Source: a virus
Taxonomy: Duplodnaviria; Caudoviricetes
Length of the DNA stretch: 64,000 nucleotides
IMG/VR virus record: IMGVR_UViG_3300036770_007283
Direction: 5' to 3' (one strand)
Below, piece after piece: positions 39,416 through 47,891 of the stretch (the stretch's first letter is position 1; each line of letters starts with the position of its first letter). The position numbers were made by a program, and so were the translations under genes. The notes under the pieces are model-generated. The model was not told where the DNA came from. It did not search any database and saw only the letters and a list, made by a program, of their open reading frames with translations.

Positions 39416-40471
39416 TCAGCGGCAGTATACGCTACGAATGAATCCTGCAAAGTCCTTATCAGTCTGCCACTTGAGAATAATCTTCTTCATCTTGCTGATT
39501 TCAAGAAGATCAGTCCAGAACTGCGAAGCCACATCCTTTGGCAACATCTGCATAAATGCCTTGATGTTATCCTGCTGCTCTTCCTGTAGTGAAGCAGCAG
39601 TTCGCTTATCAATAGTCTTGCTTACAGAACGTGAAAGTGCTGCAATACTTTCAATATCATTTGCGGCAGCCTCAACCTTGTGCTTAACTTCAGCAAGATT
39701 GTCCAGAATATCGTCTGGCTTGAGTCGGGCAAAGTCGTTCATAAAGAACTTGGGGAAGGTGATTGATACAGTAGAACCTAACCAACCCTTAGTAATCTGA
39801 GTAAGGAATCCTTCATCCATATCATCCCAAAGACCAAGTGCCTGCACCGTGTCATTAAACTGAACCCAAGAACGACGGGAAGGATAAACCTTACCTGCTT
39901 CCAAATTACCTACAGGTGGATCTAGATGCTCAGGATTCTGTGCAATATAATCTACAACGGCTGGATGCACACCCGCGCTCGTAGCCCAGTTCATCCATTC
40001 CTTTGCAGTTGGATCGAAATCAATAAAGAACCAACGATCCAGAAGCGCAGGGTCAAGCTCCACAACGTCGTAATCATCAGAACCGTTGATTGCTGCAACC
40101 ACTCGCCAACCAGCGGGAAGTGCCTCACCATCCAAACGACGATCCAAACAAATCTCGAAAACTGCCTGAAGAACATCCTTTGAAGCTCGGTTCAACTCAT
40201 CAAAGAATAGAATCCCGCGAGACTCTGGATCACGAGGCCACCAGTAAGGCTTGAGGAATTCAGTACGGTTAGACTTTTCGTTGAGAAATGGTAGCCCCTT
40301 GATATCCCCTACTTCACACTGAGAGAGGCGAACATCGAAGTATCCGATACCCTGCTCCTTAGCAACCTGCTTAACAACCGATGACTTGCCGACACCGTGT
40401 TTTGCAACAAGCATAACAGACTTGTCGGTTGGAATGTCACGAAGGATTCGCTTGGTTTGTGATGCGTTCAT
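39416..40471 (-). CDS. MoxR-like AAA+ ATPase
   Basis: HGVGKS Walker A, LFFDELNR Walker B, LDPALLDR; paired with the VWA gene. Confidence 0.9.
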   Translation of the reverse strand: MNASQTKRILRDIPTDKSVMLVAKHGVGKSSVVKQVAKEQGIGYFDVRLSQCEVGDIKGLPFLNEKSNRTEFLKPYWWPRDPESRGILFFDELNRASKDVLQAVFEICLDRRLDGEALPAGWRVVAAINGSDDYDVVELDPALLDRWFFIDFDPTAKEWMNWATSAGVHPAVVDYIAQNPEHLDPPVGNLEAGKVYPSRRSWVQFNDTVQALGLWDDMDEGFLTQITKGWLGSTVSITFPKFFMNDFARLKPDDILDNLAEVKHKVEAAANDIESIAALSRSVSKTIDKRTAASLQEEQQDNIKAFMQMLPKDVASQFWTDLLEISKMKKIILKWQTDKDFAGFIRSVYCR

Positions 40472-40579
40472 TTTGGATTCTCCTATTCAGCAGTTACAAT
40501 TTTGAATTCTTGGTGGAAGATTTTTATTCTTCATACCGCTTTTAGTTACCGGGGGAGGGGTTTCATCCCTCACACCATA

Positions 40580-40608
40580 GATATAGCAGGATAGATTTTG
40601 ATATTAAA
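40580..40608 (-). promoter_or_regulatory. putative promoter
   Basis: TTTAAT-17 nt-TATATC upstream of the AAA/VWA pair. Confidence 0.55.
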
Positions 40609-40637
40609 ACTTTTTTGTTAGATAGAACAATAAGGTT

Positions 40638-42191
40638 TTATGTTTTAAAAACATATAATCTTTGTCCAGCGTCCCAGATCTTGTGCAAACCTAGCTCTTT
40701 GGCATGTTCTTTTTCTGAAAGCCCCCTGTTATCCATGTTGGCACGACATTTAAGCCTATTAAAAGTAGTTTTATAATCAGTCCATTCCCAACCTTGTGTT
40801 TCTTTATCTAAGACAAAACTATGATTCAATAAAAACTTTCCCGTTCCATATCTTAAATCTACCCAATAATGTATAGAAAGATTTCCAACGAGGTTAGTGA
40901 TTCCTTTCAATAGTTTTGAAAAAGCACCAACCACATTAGTATTTATTTTGGAGCAAAACCTTTCTACTTTAATAATCTTAGATTCTTGAATTTTATAAGA
41001 CATTATAGAAATTAGCTCTTCATTTAAGAAAAGTCCAATATGCTTAGCGGGCTTATAGCCTTTAATATGGTGTTGTTCTAAGAATGATTTAGCAAGTGCA
41101 GTAGTGACTTCTTTTAAGGTTGTTTTTCTAGCTCCTATTTTGCCTTGAGAATTTCCTATAGCGTTATTGATCATAGATTTTATGATAGGCATTTTAAAGT
41201 AAATTTCATCTGCACGAAATTGAAAAAGCCTAAGATTTAGGTCTTCATATTTTTTTCTCATTACAAAATGATAATCAGCAGGTAGCTTTTCTTCTGAATG
41301 CCAATATAGCCCATCAGCATTTAAATATATAGTATCAGTAATTTTAAAATCAGGTCGATATGAAAATCCGGCAATAGGTTGCTTGTTCCAAAGTGTTAGG
41401 CCTAATGAATTTGAAACAAGGTTTTCAATATCAGAAATCTTATGCACATAATTCTGACAGAATTCTTTGAAGTCTTCTTCTGCAAACTCTTTATTAATCT
41501 GTAGCCATTTATAGATTGCCATATCAGAAATATTATATTCTTGCGACCAAAAAGCTGGTGTTTTTCCGCAAACCAACGTTATCTGTCCGTTGTTGGCTTG
41601 TGTCTCTTGGATCTTCTTTCTTATTTCTTCAGATTGAAATGGATTTAGAACACCATATCTTTCAAGAAGTGTTGCCTCAGCTTTTGCTTTAATTTCTGGA
41701 TTTTTAAGAGTGCAATCAGAGCCATATCTTTCTCTTACGGTTTCAGAAAACTTTTGAAGTATGGCTTCACTTTTTAATGGTGAATCTACACCATAATTTT
41801 TAATGATGGTTGCCATTTTTTTGTCTTTAACTTCTTGGGATTGGGATGGATTTTCTACACCATATTTAGATAGGTTTGTTTGCTTTATCTTTTCTTTAAC
41901 TTGACTATTTTGAAATTGGTTTTCTGTGCCATATTTTTGAAGGTTAGTTTGCTTCTTTTTCTCTATGGCAGTTTTACTATGTGCAGCATTAACTACGCCA
42001 TGATTTTGCAACATAGTTTTTTCTCTGGCTTCTTTAACCTTGTTCGATTCTTTTTTGAAGCCATACATTTTAACCATTTTATTAATAAAGTAGGGGCTGC
42101 ATCCTGCCAGTTGAGCTAACTCAACCCAGCTTAGATTTTCAACAATATATTTTTGATAAAGCCAATCTTTATCCAAATTTGTTTTTTTCAT
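40638..42191 (-). CDS. free-standing homing-endonuclease-like protein (KYGVENP repeats + C-terminal nuclease-like domain)
   Basis: multiple KYGVENPSQ-type repeats; YRPDF...ADGLYWH; VERFCSK...GAFSKLL. Confidence 0.7.
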   Translation of the reverse strand: MKKTNLDKDWLYQKYIVENLSWVELAQLAGCSPYFINKMVKMYGFKKESNKVKEAREKTMLQNHGVVNAAHSKTAIEKKKQTNLQKYGTENQFQNSQVKEKIKQTNLSKYGVENPSQSQEVKDKKMATIIKNYGVDSPLKSEAILQKFSETVRERYGSDCTLKNPEIKAKAEATLLERYGVLNPFQSEEIRKKIQETQANNGQITLVCGKTPAFWSQEYNISDMAIYKWLQINKEFAEEDFKEFCQNYVHKISDIENLVSNSLGLTLWNKQPIAGFSYRPDFKITDTIYLNADGLYWHSEEKLPADYHFVMRKKYEDLNLRLFQFRADEIYFKMPIIKSMINNAIGNSQGKIGARKTTLKEVTTALAKSFLEQHHIKGYKPAKHIGLFLNEELISIMSYKIQESKIIKVERFCSKINTNVVGAFSKLLKGITNLVGNLSIHYWVDLRYGTGKFLLNHSFVLDKETQGWEWTDYKTTFNRLKCRANMDNRGLSEKEHAKELGLHKIWDAGQRLYVFKT

Positions 42192-42205
42192 GCAGCCCCT
42201 AATTA

Positions 42206-42574
42206 TTAAGAAGTTAAACCATCAAGAATTAAGCTATAGGCCCCATTGATCTTTTCTAGATTTTTAACCATTCCGGGTAAAGATGGGTGATATTTTTCTC
42301 CCACTTGAATTTGGGCAACGGCTTGAATATTGGCTCTGATTTGAGAACCAATATCTTGAAGGATTTGCATTCTACGATCTAATTCTAGAACGGCAGATTC
42401 TTCTTTGGCCTTTATGGTTTCTTTTTGTTCTGCAACCTTTCCTTCCATCATATTTAAAGTTGCTTTTAACTGGGAAAGGCGATCCATTAACTCTTGACGC
42501 TTTTCCTGGGTAATCAGTTGGCTAACAACTTGCTCTGGTGGTTGTGTAGAATTAACTAGGTTCTGCTGTGACAT
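42206..42574 (-). CDS. hypothetical coiled-coil protein
   Basis: 122-aa ORF with GGAG SD. Confidence 0.6.
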   Translation of the reverse strand: MSQQNLVNSTQPPEQVVSQLITQEKRQELMDRLSQLKATLNMMEGKVAEQKETIKAKEESAVLELDRRMQILQDIGSQIRANIQAVAQIQVGEKYHPSLPGMVKNLEKINGAYSLILDGLTS

Positions 42575-42582
42575 ATTTCTCC

Positions 42583-43257
42583 TTATTTTTTGGTGCCATA
42601 AGCATGTGATTCATTTAGGCTAGACTGGGTAATGACAATGTAGGTATCAAACTTCTGTAACTCTGCAATGGTTCTGGTATTGGTATAAGACATGCCTGAC
42701 TTAAGACCACCCACAAACCCATCATCACCGTAGAGAACTTCTTTTAAGGATCCTACGTATGGAATATGGGTAGTTACACCTTCGGAACAAGTACCTTCTT
42801 TTAGGCCGCCACGAAGATCTTTTTGTACTGATGCTGAGGCCATACCTCGATACATCTTTTTGGGAACTTCGTCAATATAAACTAAACTTGAGGGTGACTC
42901 ATCTGTTCCAGCAAAAACGCCACCACACATAACAGCATCTGCCCCACCAATAATTGACTTAACAACGTCGGATGGATAACGGATTCCACCGTCTGCAATA
43001 ATTGATGGATATTTCATGTTGGGATTATTTTTATTATAATATTTGAATTTATGCCTTGCTCTAGCGCAATCGACCACAGAGGATAAAGTCGGGATTCCAA
43101 CGGAGCTTTGGATGCGTGTTTTGCAGATTGAGTTGTGTAAAAATACACCATTTGAAGAAAATGAGTGTGAATTTTCTACTGTGATATCATAGACCATTCC
43201 TGAAAAATGGAATCTCTTAATATTCGACGGCTTGGAGAGTTTGTATTTCTTTAGCAT
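42583..43257 (-). CDS. guaB: IMP dehydrogenase/GMP reductase, C-terminal half, preceded by IntC
   Basis: 42-aa IntC then SICKTR, IIADGGIR, GADAVMCG, YRGMAS, EGV, GGLKSGMSY. Confidence 0.93.
   Translation of the reverse strand: MLKKYKLSKPSNIKRFHFSGMVYDITVENSHSFSSNGVFLHNSICKTRIQSSVGIPTLSSVVDCARARHKFKYYNKNNPNMKYPSIIADGGIRYPSDVVKSIIGGADAVMCGGVFAGTDESPSSLVYIDEVPKKMYRGMASASVQKDLRGGLKEGTCSEGVTTHIPYVGSLKEVLYGDDGFVGGLKSGMSYTNTRTIAELQKFDTYIVITQSSLNESHAYGTKK
43132..43257 (-). mobile_element. split intein C-fragment (IMPDH IntC, 42 aa)
   Basis: ...VYDITVENSHSFSSNGVFLHN|S: block F, His-Asn, Ser+1. Confidence 0.95.
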
Positions 43258-44293
43258 CTTTTAACTCCTGAATTATTTTCAGCAATACGTATGTTTTTTC
43301 ATAATCTTTAGATTCTGACTCTCTAATTCTATAAATAACAAAGTTATGTTTTTTTGCTAATTCATCTTTGTAGGCATCATTATTTTTTATTTTTAAAATT
43401 TTATCCACTGATAATATCGGATGGTTATCTTCTTCTGGGTGCCAAAAATCTCCATCAAATTCGACCAATATTTTATCAAATAAGCAGGCATCATAATAAC
43501 GGTCACCCAGTCGATATGTTCTTTTTATATTGTTTGGACCAACAAAGTATGATAACATATCAAAATATTCTGTTTCTGGTTTTGAGGCAATTGAATCTTT
43601 GAAAATATCTGAGTAATCATTTACTGCAAACTCATTAATTCTTTTTTTCAATACCCACGAAGAGATGTTTAATTGATAAAGATCAATAATTTTTTGATAT
43701 GAGGTTGTTTTTCCTTCAGACTTTATATAGTCAAGATATTTTATAACGACATCCATTGTCTCCTCAGGGACTTTTATATAGCAACCATTTTTTTCTCCAA
43801 GGTTGGAATAAACTAACTGATGCTTTTTCGCATTTGAATCTATAGTTTTCTTAGATGCTATCTTTAATTTAATCCACCAATTCTTAATGGTTCTAAAGTC
43901 ATGACCAGATATTTCTGATATCTTGTATGCGGGATACTTTGGTGATTGGTATTTTTCCCAGTAATCTTCTAGCGATTCTTTTGTTAATCCAATTTTTGTA
44001 TAATTATCCTTGAAAGTTTCTAATAATGATTCTGAAATTTGCTTCTTTCTTTCTTTTGGAACTGCACAATATCTAACGTGATCTCCTACATATTTTAGAT
44101 ATTTTCCTTTTTCAAATTTAGTTTCATTTCCACAGCCACAACCACAAGTTGGTTTTACGTCATTATGTGTATATTTTAAAACGTAGCTTTCTAAAGTTAT
44201 AGAGTGATCTTTTTTAAGATGAAATGAAAATTGAGCATATCTTCTTGAATCTTGATAATGAGAAAAATCCTTGTCACAAAGTAAGCATTTCAT
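43217..44293 (-). CDS. free-standing Vsr/DUF559-like endonuclease between the split-intein halves
   Basis: N-terminal CLLC/CGCGC; C-terminal YDAC...VEFDGDFWH...DAYKDELAKKH...RIRE; start at MKCLLC (GGAGG SD). Confidence 0.8.
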   Translation of the reverse strand: MKCLLCDKDFSHYQDSRRYAQFSFHLKKDHSITLESYVLKYTHNDVKPTCGCGCGNETKFEKGKYLKYVGDHVRYCAVPKERKKQISESLLETFKDNYTKIGLTKESLEDYWEKYQSPKYPAYKISEISGHDFRTIKNWWIKLKIASKKTIDSNAKKHQLVYSNLGEKNGCYIKVPEETMDVVIKYLDYIKSEGKTTSYQKIIDLYQLNISSWVLKKRINEFAVNDYSDIFKDSIASKPETEYFDMLSYFVGPNNIKRTYRLGDRYYDACLFDKILVEFDGDFWHPEEDNHPILSVDKILKIKNNDAYKDELAKKHNFVIYRIRESESKDYEKTYVLLKIIQELKDAKEIQTLQAVEY

Positions 44294-44357
44294 GCGACTA
44301 GCCCTCCGCATACTATGCTTTTGTATTAGCAGATTTGGCTAGAAAAATTAAAACATG

Positions 44358-45200
44358 TTATTCATCACCATGGCCCACCAACATGTGATTATCGTTAATT
44401 TCTCCTGCTGGAAGCCAAAATGCAAAATTATGAATATTTTCATCTGTAAGCTTATCAATATCCTGCACATTAACAACGTAGTATTTGTGATCTGTTGTGG
44501 TTTCTATTCCGTTGATAGAAATAACTTCTTCATTTTTAAGAGAAGTAATTATATCAGTTACAGAATTCCATTCTCCAGAGTGGGTAAGAACTACATCTCC
44601 CAACTCAATTTCTGAAATGGGAATGTCACCACGCTTCGTCAAAACGGTGGTTGTAGGCATTAAACAACCGCCTCCTATCCCTACCCGTACCGCATCGACA
44701 CCTAATTCAATCATAAATTCATAGCCATGAAAAGTAGCAATATTTCCTGCCATGATTGGTAGTCCTGGATAAGTTGCCTTTACCCAGTCTACCATTTCTT
44801 TCATTAGAATAGAGTGTCCATTAGCAACATCAATAGATACCATATGGATTGGAATTGCTGCTTCCATTAGAGTGGTGAGTCTTTTTCTTTCAACCTCTCC
44901 CACTCCGATTGCCGGCACTACCCATTGATTTTCTTGGGCGACTTTTTGACATTCTTCTACTTGACGTTGAGGATCCATAAACCTATGGATAATGCCTAGA
45001 CCTCCAAGCCTTCCTAATTCGATAGCCATATTGGATTCTGTAACAGTATCCATAGGCGAAGAAATAAAAGGAATTTTTAGCTCTAGGGGTCCAACTTTTG
45101 TAGAGGTATCTGGTTCGGAACGAGAACGAATATCGGAATAAACTGGTGGGATAAGAATATCGTCAAAAGACAAACCTTTGATTCTTTTGTGTTCAATCAT
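44358..45200 (-). CDS. guaB: IMP dehydrogenase/GMP reductase, N-terminal half (no CBS), followed by IntN
   Basis: LSFDDILI, SSPMDTVTE, GGLGIIHRF, IDVANGH, MAGNIAT, VRVGIGGG then 102-aa IntN. Confidence 0.93.
   Translation of the reverse strand: MIEHKRIKGLSFDDILIPPVYSDIRSRSEPDTSTKVGPLELKIPFISSPMDTVTESNMAIELGRLGGLGIIHRFMDPQRQVEECQKVAQENQWVVPAIGVGEVERKRLTTLMEAAIPIHMVSIDVANGHSILMKEMVDWVKATYPGLPIMAGNIATFHGYEFMIELGVDAVRVGIGGGCLMPTTTVLTKRGDIPISEIELGDVVLTHSGEWNSVTDIITSLKNEEVISINGIETTTDHKYYVVNVQDIDKLTDENIHNFAFWLPAGEINDNHMLVGHGDE
44361..44666 (-). mobile_element. split intein N-fragment (IMPDH IntN, 102 aa, Cys1)
   Basis: CLMPTTTVLT (block A), ETTTDHKY (block B), then stop. Confidence 0.95.
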
Positions 45201-45203
45201 ATT

Positions 45204-45809
45204 TCACCTTCTACTTTCTAAGTAATACAGTTCAAATTGTTCAGCAAACAATTCAACTTGATAGTTAAATTGTGTACCCAGGCAAAACCTATCATACCAA
45301 AAGTGACCCATTTCGTGAGCAAAGATTTTGTTAGTTTGAAATCCTCGATCTATCAGTATAATTGCTGAGACACCAGACTCTTCATTTCTGGCATCATACA
45401 GCCCCACGATATTGGGTATTTGTTGATAATTTGCCTGCCATTGATTAAATAGTTCATGATCATTGAGAACACTATCAGGAACCATAAAGATTTCTAAATT
45501 AGAATTATCTTTACATTGAACTAACTTAAAGTTTCTTTCTTCTGCGAATTGAAAAAATAAGTTAGAATCATATCTAATTTGCTCCGCTATAGTTTGTGGT
45601 GAGGTATACTCATTAAAGGAGCAATATTGATAAGTTATTTTGTAATTATAGCTAGCATCTGGATAAAAAGAAGACCGATAGCAACTGGACCAAGGATAGT
45701 CTTCTAGTGGTTTGTATGTGGTTACTAAGGGGGTATAAGGTCCGGCCCCCAATAGTAACCACAACAAAGCTTTAGTCATCTTTAGTCTTTGGTCTACGCT
45801 TCTTATCAA
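45204..45809 (-). CDS. secreted zincin-like protein
   Basis: signal-like N-terminus, HEMGH motif. Confidence 0.55.
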   Translation of the reverse strand: MIRSVDQRLKMTKALLWLLLGAGPYTPLVTTYKPLEDYPWSSCYRSSFYPDASYNYKITYQYCSFNEYTSPQTIAEQIRYDSNLFFQFAEERNFKLVQCKDNSNLEIFMVPDSVLNDHELFNQWQANYQQIPNIVGLYDARNEESGVSAIILIDRGFQTNKIFAHEMGHFWYDRFCLGTQFNYQVELFAEQFELYYLESRR

Positions 45810-45984
45810 GGCTGTATTCTAGAACTTCTACGTCTAGATTGGAATTGCATTGAATCCAAGAAACATCTTCTTTAGATAGATTCTTGTGAATATCAACTCT
45901 TCCACAGACCTTATTGGTGACTTTGACGGTGATATTTTTATCACTCCACTTTTTTGGTGCTTTACTATCCATGATTTCCTCCAT
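45772..45984 (-). CDS. hypothetical protein
   Basis: 70-aa ORF. Confidence 0.5.
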   Translation of the reverse strand: MEEIMDSKAPKKWSDKNITVKVTNKVCGRVDIHKNLSKEDVSWIQCNSNLDVEVLEYSLDKKRRPKTKDD

Positions 45985-46831
45985 TCAAATCCTCCAAGCT
46001 TTTAACACTAAATCCTGCGGCGTTTCTATGTCCACCGCCTCCGGGAAACTGCTTTGCAATTTCGGAAACATCTAAGCCTTCATCTGTTGATCTCAAGGAA
46101 AAGACGAATTCTTCTCCATCATAATGATACCCGGCAGAAAAAGATTCGCCAACTGCTAAATCACCCAACATTTCAGAACGAAAGAACGGTGTGTTTAAAA
46201 TAGGAACTTCAAAACCTTTGATCTTGGCACGATATGTATTTTTAATAATTGAGTTTATCAAAGTTTTGTTATATCTAAGGATTGCAGCTCCTTCGTTTAA
46301 TAATTTTGAGAAACCCTCTGGTGTTTCTATCAGGTTATTTAATTTATCCCAAGTTTCAAAGTTTTTGGGATAAGAATCTATTGCGGTTAGCAATTCTCTT
46401 GCATAAGGTAAAATGCAATTTTGTGGACCATGCAAATCACGATCCTCGATATATTGAAGTAATTTTGGTGTCTCGTCATCAGGAAAGCAATAATCCCAGG
46501 CCAAGATAGCACCGGAATGATCCATGTCAAAATGGGTAAAGCTTAGATCGCCAAGTAATTTCTGTGCAGATAAGTGGTGATCTAAAATAAGAAACTTTTT
46601 AGCAATTTCATTTATAACAATGGAGTCTTCTCGTTCCAAGGAAAAATCTACCATAATAACTTCCCGATCTCTTAAATCTTCGGGATTCAAACCTTTGAAG
46701 GGAGCAAGAATATGGGCTAATGGCTGGTAGTCTATTGTGTCACTATATTTCTTCCAAAAGGAAAAAGCCGCACCAAACCCATCAGGACATTCATCATGAT
46801 AAATTAAGATTGGCTTGTTAGTGGTTGTCAT
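45965..46831 (-). CDS. DHH/DHHA1 phosphoesterase
   Basis: YHDECPDG, VDFS, LDHH, GGGHRNAAGF. Confidence 0.9.
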   Translation of the reverse strand: MTTTNKPILIYHDECPDGFGAAFSFWKKYSDTIDYQPLAHILAPFKGLNPEDLRDREVIMVDFSLEREDSIVINEIAKKFLILDHHLSAQKLLGDLSFTHFDMDHSGAILAWDYCFPDDETPKLLQYIEDRDLHGPQNCILPYARELLTAIDSYPKNFETWDKLNNLIETPEGFSKLLNEGAAILRYNKTLINSIIKNTYRAKIKGFEVPILNTPFFRSEMLGDLAVGESFSAGYHYDGEEFVFSLRSTDEGLDVSEIAKQFPGGGGHRNAAGFSVKSLEDLNGGNHG

Positions 46832-47847
46832 ATTGTCTCCGGAGAGAATGAATATTCTATCGCTTTAACTAAATGACTTCTTTCTGATACCTCTTGTGAT
46901 ATAAAATTTGTCATTTGTTTTAAATCTTTAAAATCCTGTAAGGTTTGTTTATAGAATAACTTATAAACCCCTACTTGATCAAGTATATCACATTTACTAA
47001 TAATTAAATTAGTTGTTCCAGAAATATTAACCGCCTCAATTAAGTAATCCAAATTTAACCAGTTAACAACCCTTCTTCTCCCCGTTGTAACACCATACTC
47101 TTGGCCTAAACGACCGATTTCAGATAGAATGGGATCTTCCAACAATGACTTGGGGAACAATGGGTCTTCACCGCTCCTTGTATCATAAATTTTAGCCGCA
47201 CCATAAATATTTTTAATTTTTTGTGGTGGGAAACCTAAACTACAAGCAGCATAAGGAAGTGTATTACTAGAGGTTACATAAGGATAATTTCCTTGATCTA
47301 AGTCAAGCCAGAATCCCTGGGCACCCTCGCATAATATCCTACCTTGAAGGTCACTTTGCCACAATAAATTCTTAGAAAGAACTTCTTTGGCTAAGACACC
47401 AGTTCTTGCAGCTTTATCAGCATAAACTGGTGCAATCCCTCTTGAGGTGGTTCCTAATTTGGCAGCTAGATTTTGTTTATCTTGCTCAATATGCTTTTCT
47501 TGAATAATATGACAATTAGGATGAACCTTAACCAGCGAGATATCAAATCCATTATCTGACAGATAATCCAATTCTTTGTTAAAGGATTCTGGATGCAAAA
47601 CACAACCTGGCCCGACTAATGATTGGACGCCATAAAAAACGCCAGAGGGAACTAGGTGTGTTTTGTATTTTTTACCATTAACAAAAACTGTATGTCCCGC
47701 ATTATTTCCACCGCCCCACCTAGCCACTAATGAATAATCACCTGAGCTTGCTAGTTGGCTTGTAATTTTTCCTTTTGCTTCGTCGCCTGGGGTTTAACCC
47801 CAAGCTAAACCAACAACGATATCTACGCTGTCAATCTGCTTGGACAT
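46828..47847 (-). CDS. purA: short-type adenylosuccinate synthetase with an in-frame TAA at codon 18 (recoded or pseudogene)
   Basis: AAGGAGG SD + ATG 47847: MSKQIDSVDIVVGLAWG*TPGDEAKGK...RWGGGNNAGHT...EGAQG...GVTTGRRR, all one frame. Confidence 0.9.
47785..47805 (-). other. stop-codon hairpin inside purA
   Basis: GCTTGGGGT-TAA-ACCCCAGGC: 9-bp stem (one G.U pair) with a UAA triloop. Confidence 0.85.
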
Positions 47848-47891
47848 TAAGCACCTCCTTTATTTTAAGGGTTGTGGTTCTAGCTTTAATC

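Noticed and set aside
40480-40580. tRNA or structured ncRNA upstream of the AAA gene
   Set aside because: Only a weak hairpin; no cloverleaf, T-loop or CCA.
47685-47727. purA starting at GTG 47727 as in the ORF track
   Set aside because: That product would lack the GDExKGK P-loop; the strong SD and conserved N-terminus are at 47847.
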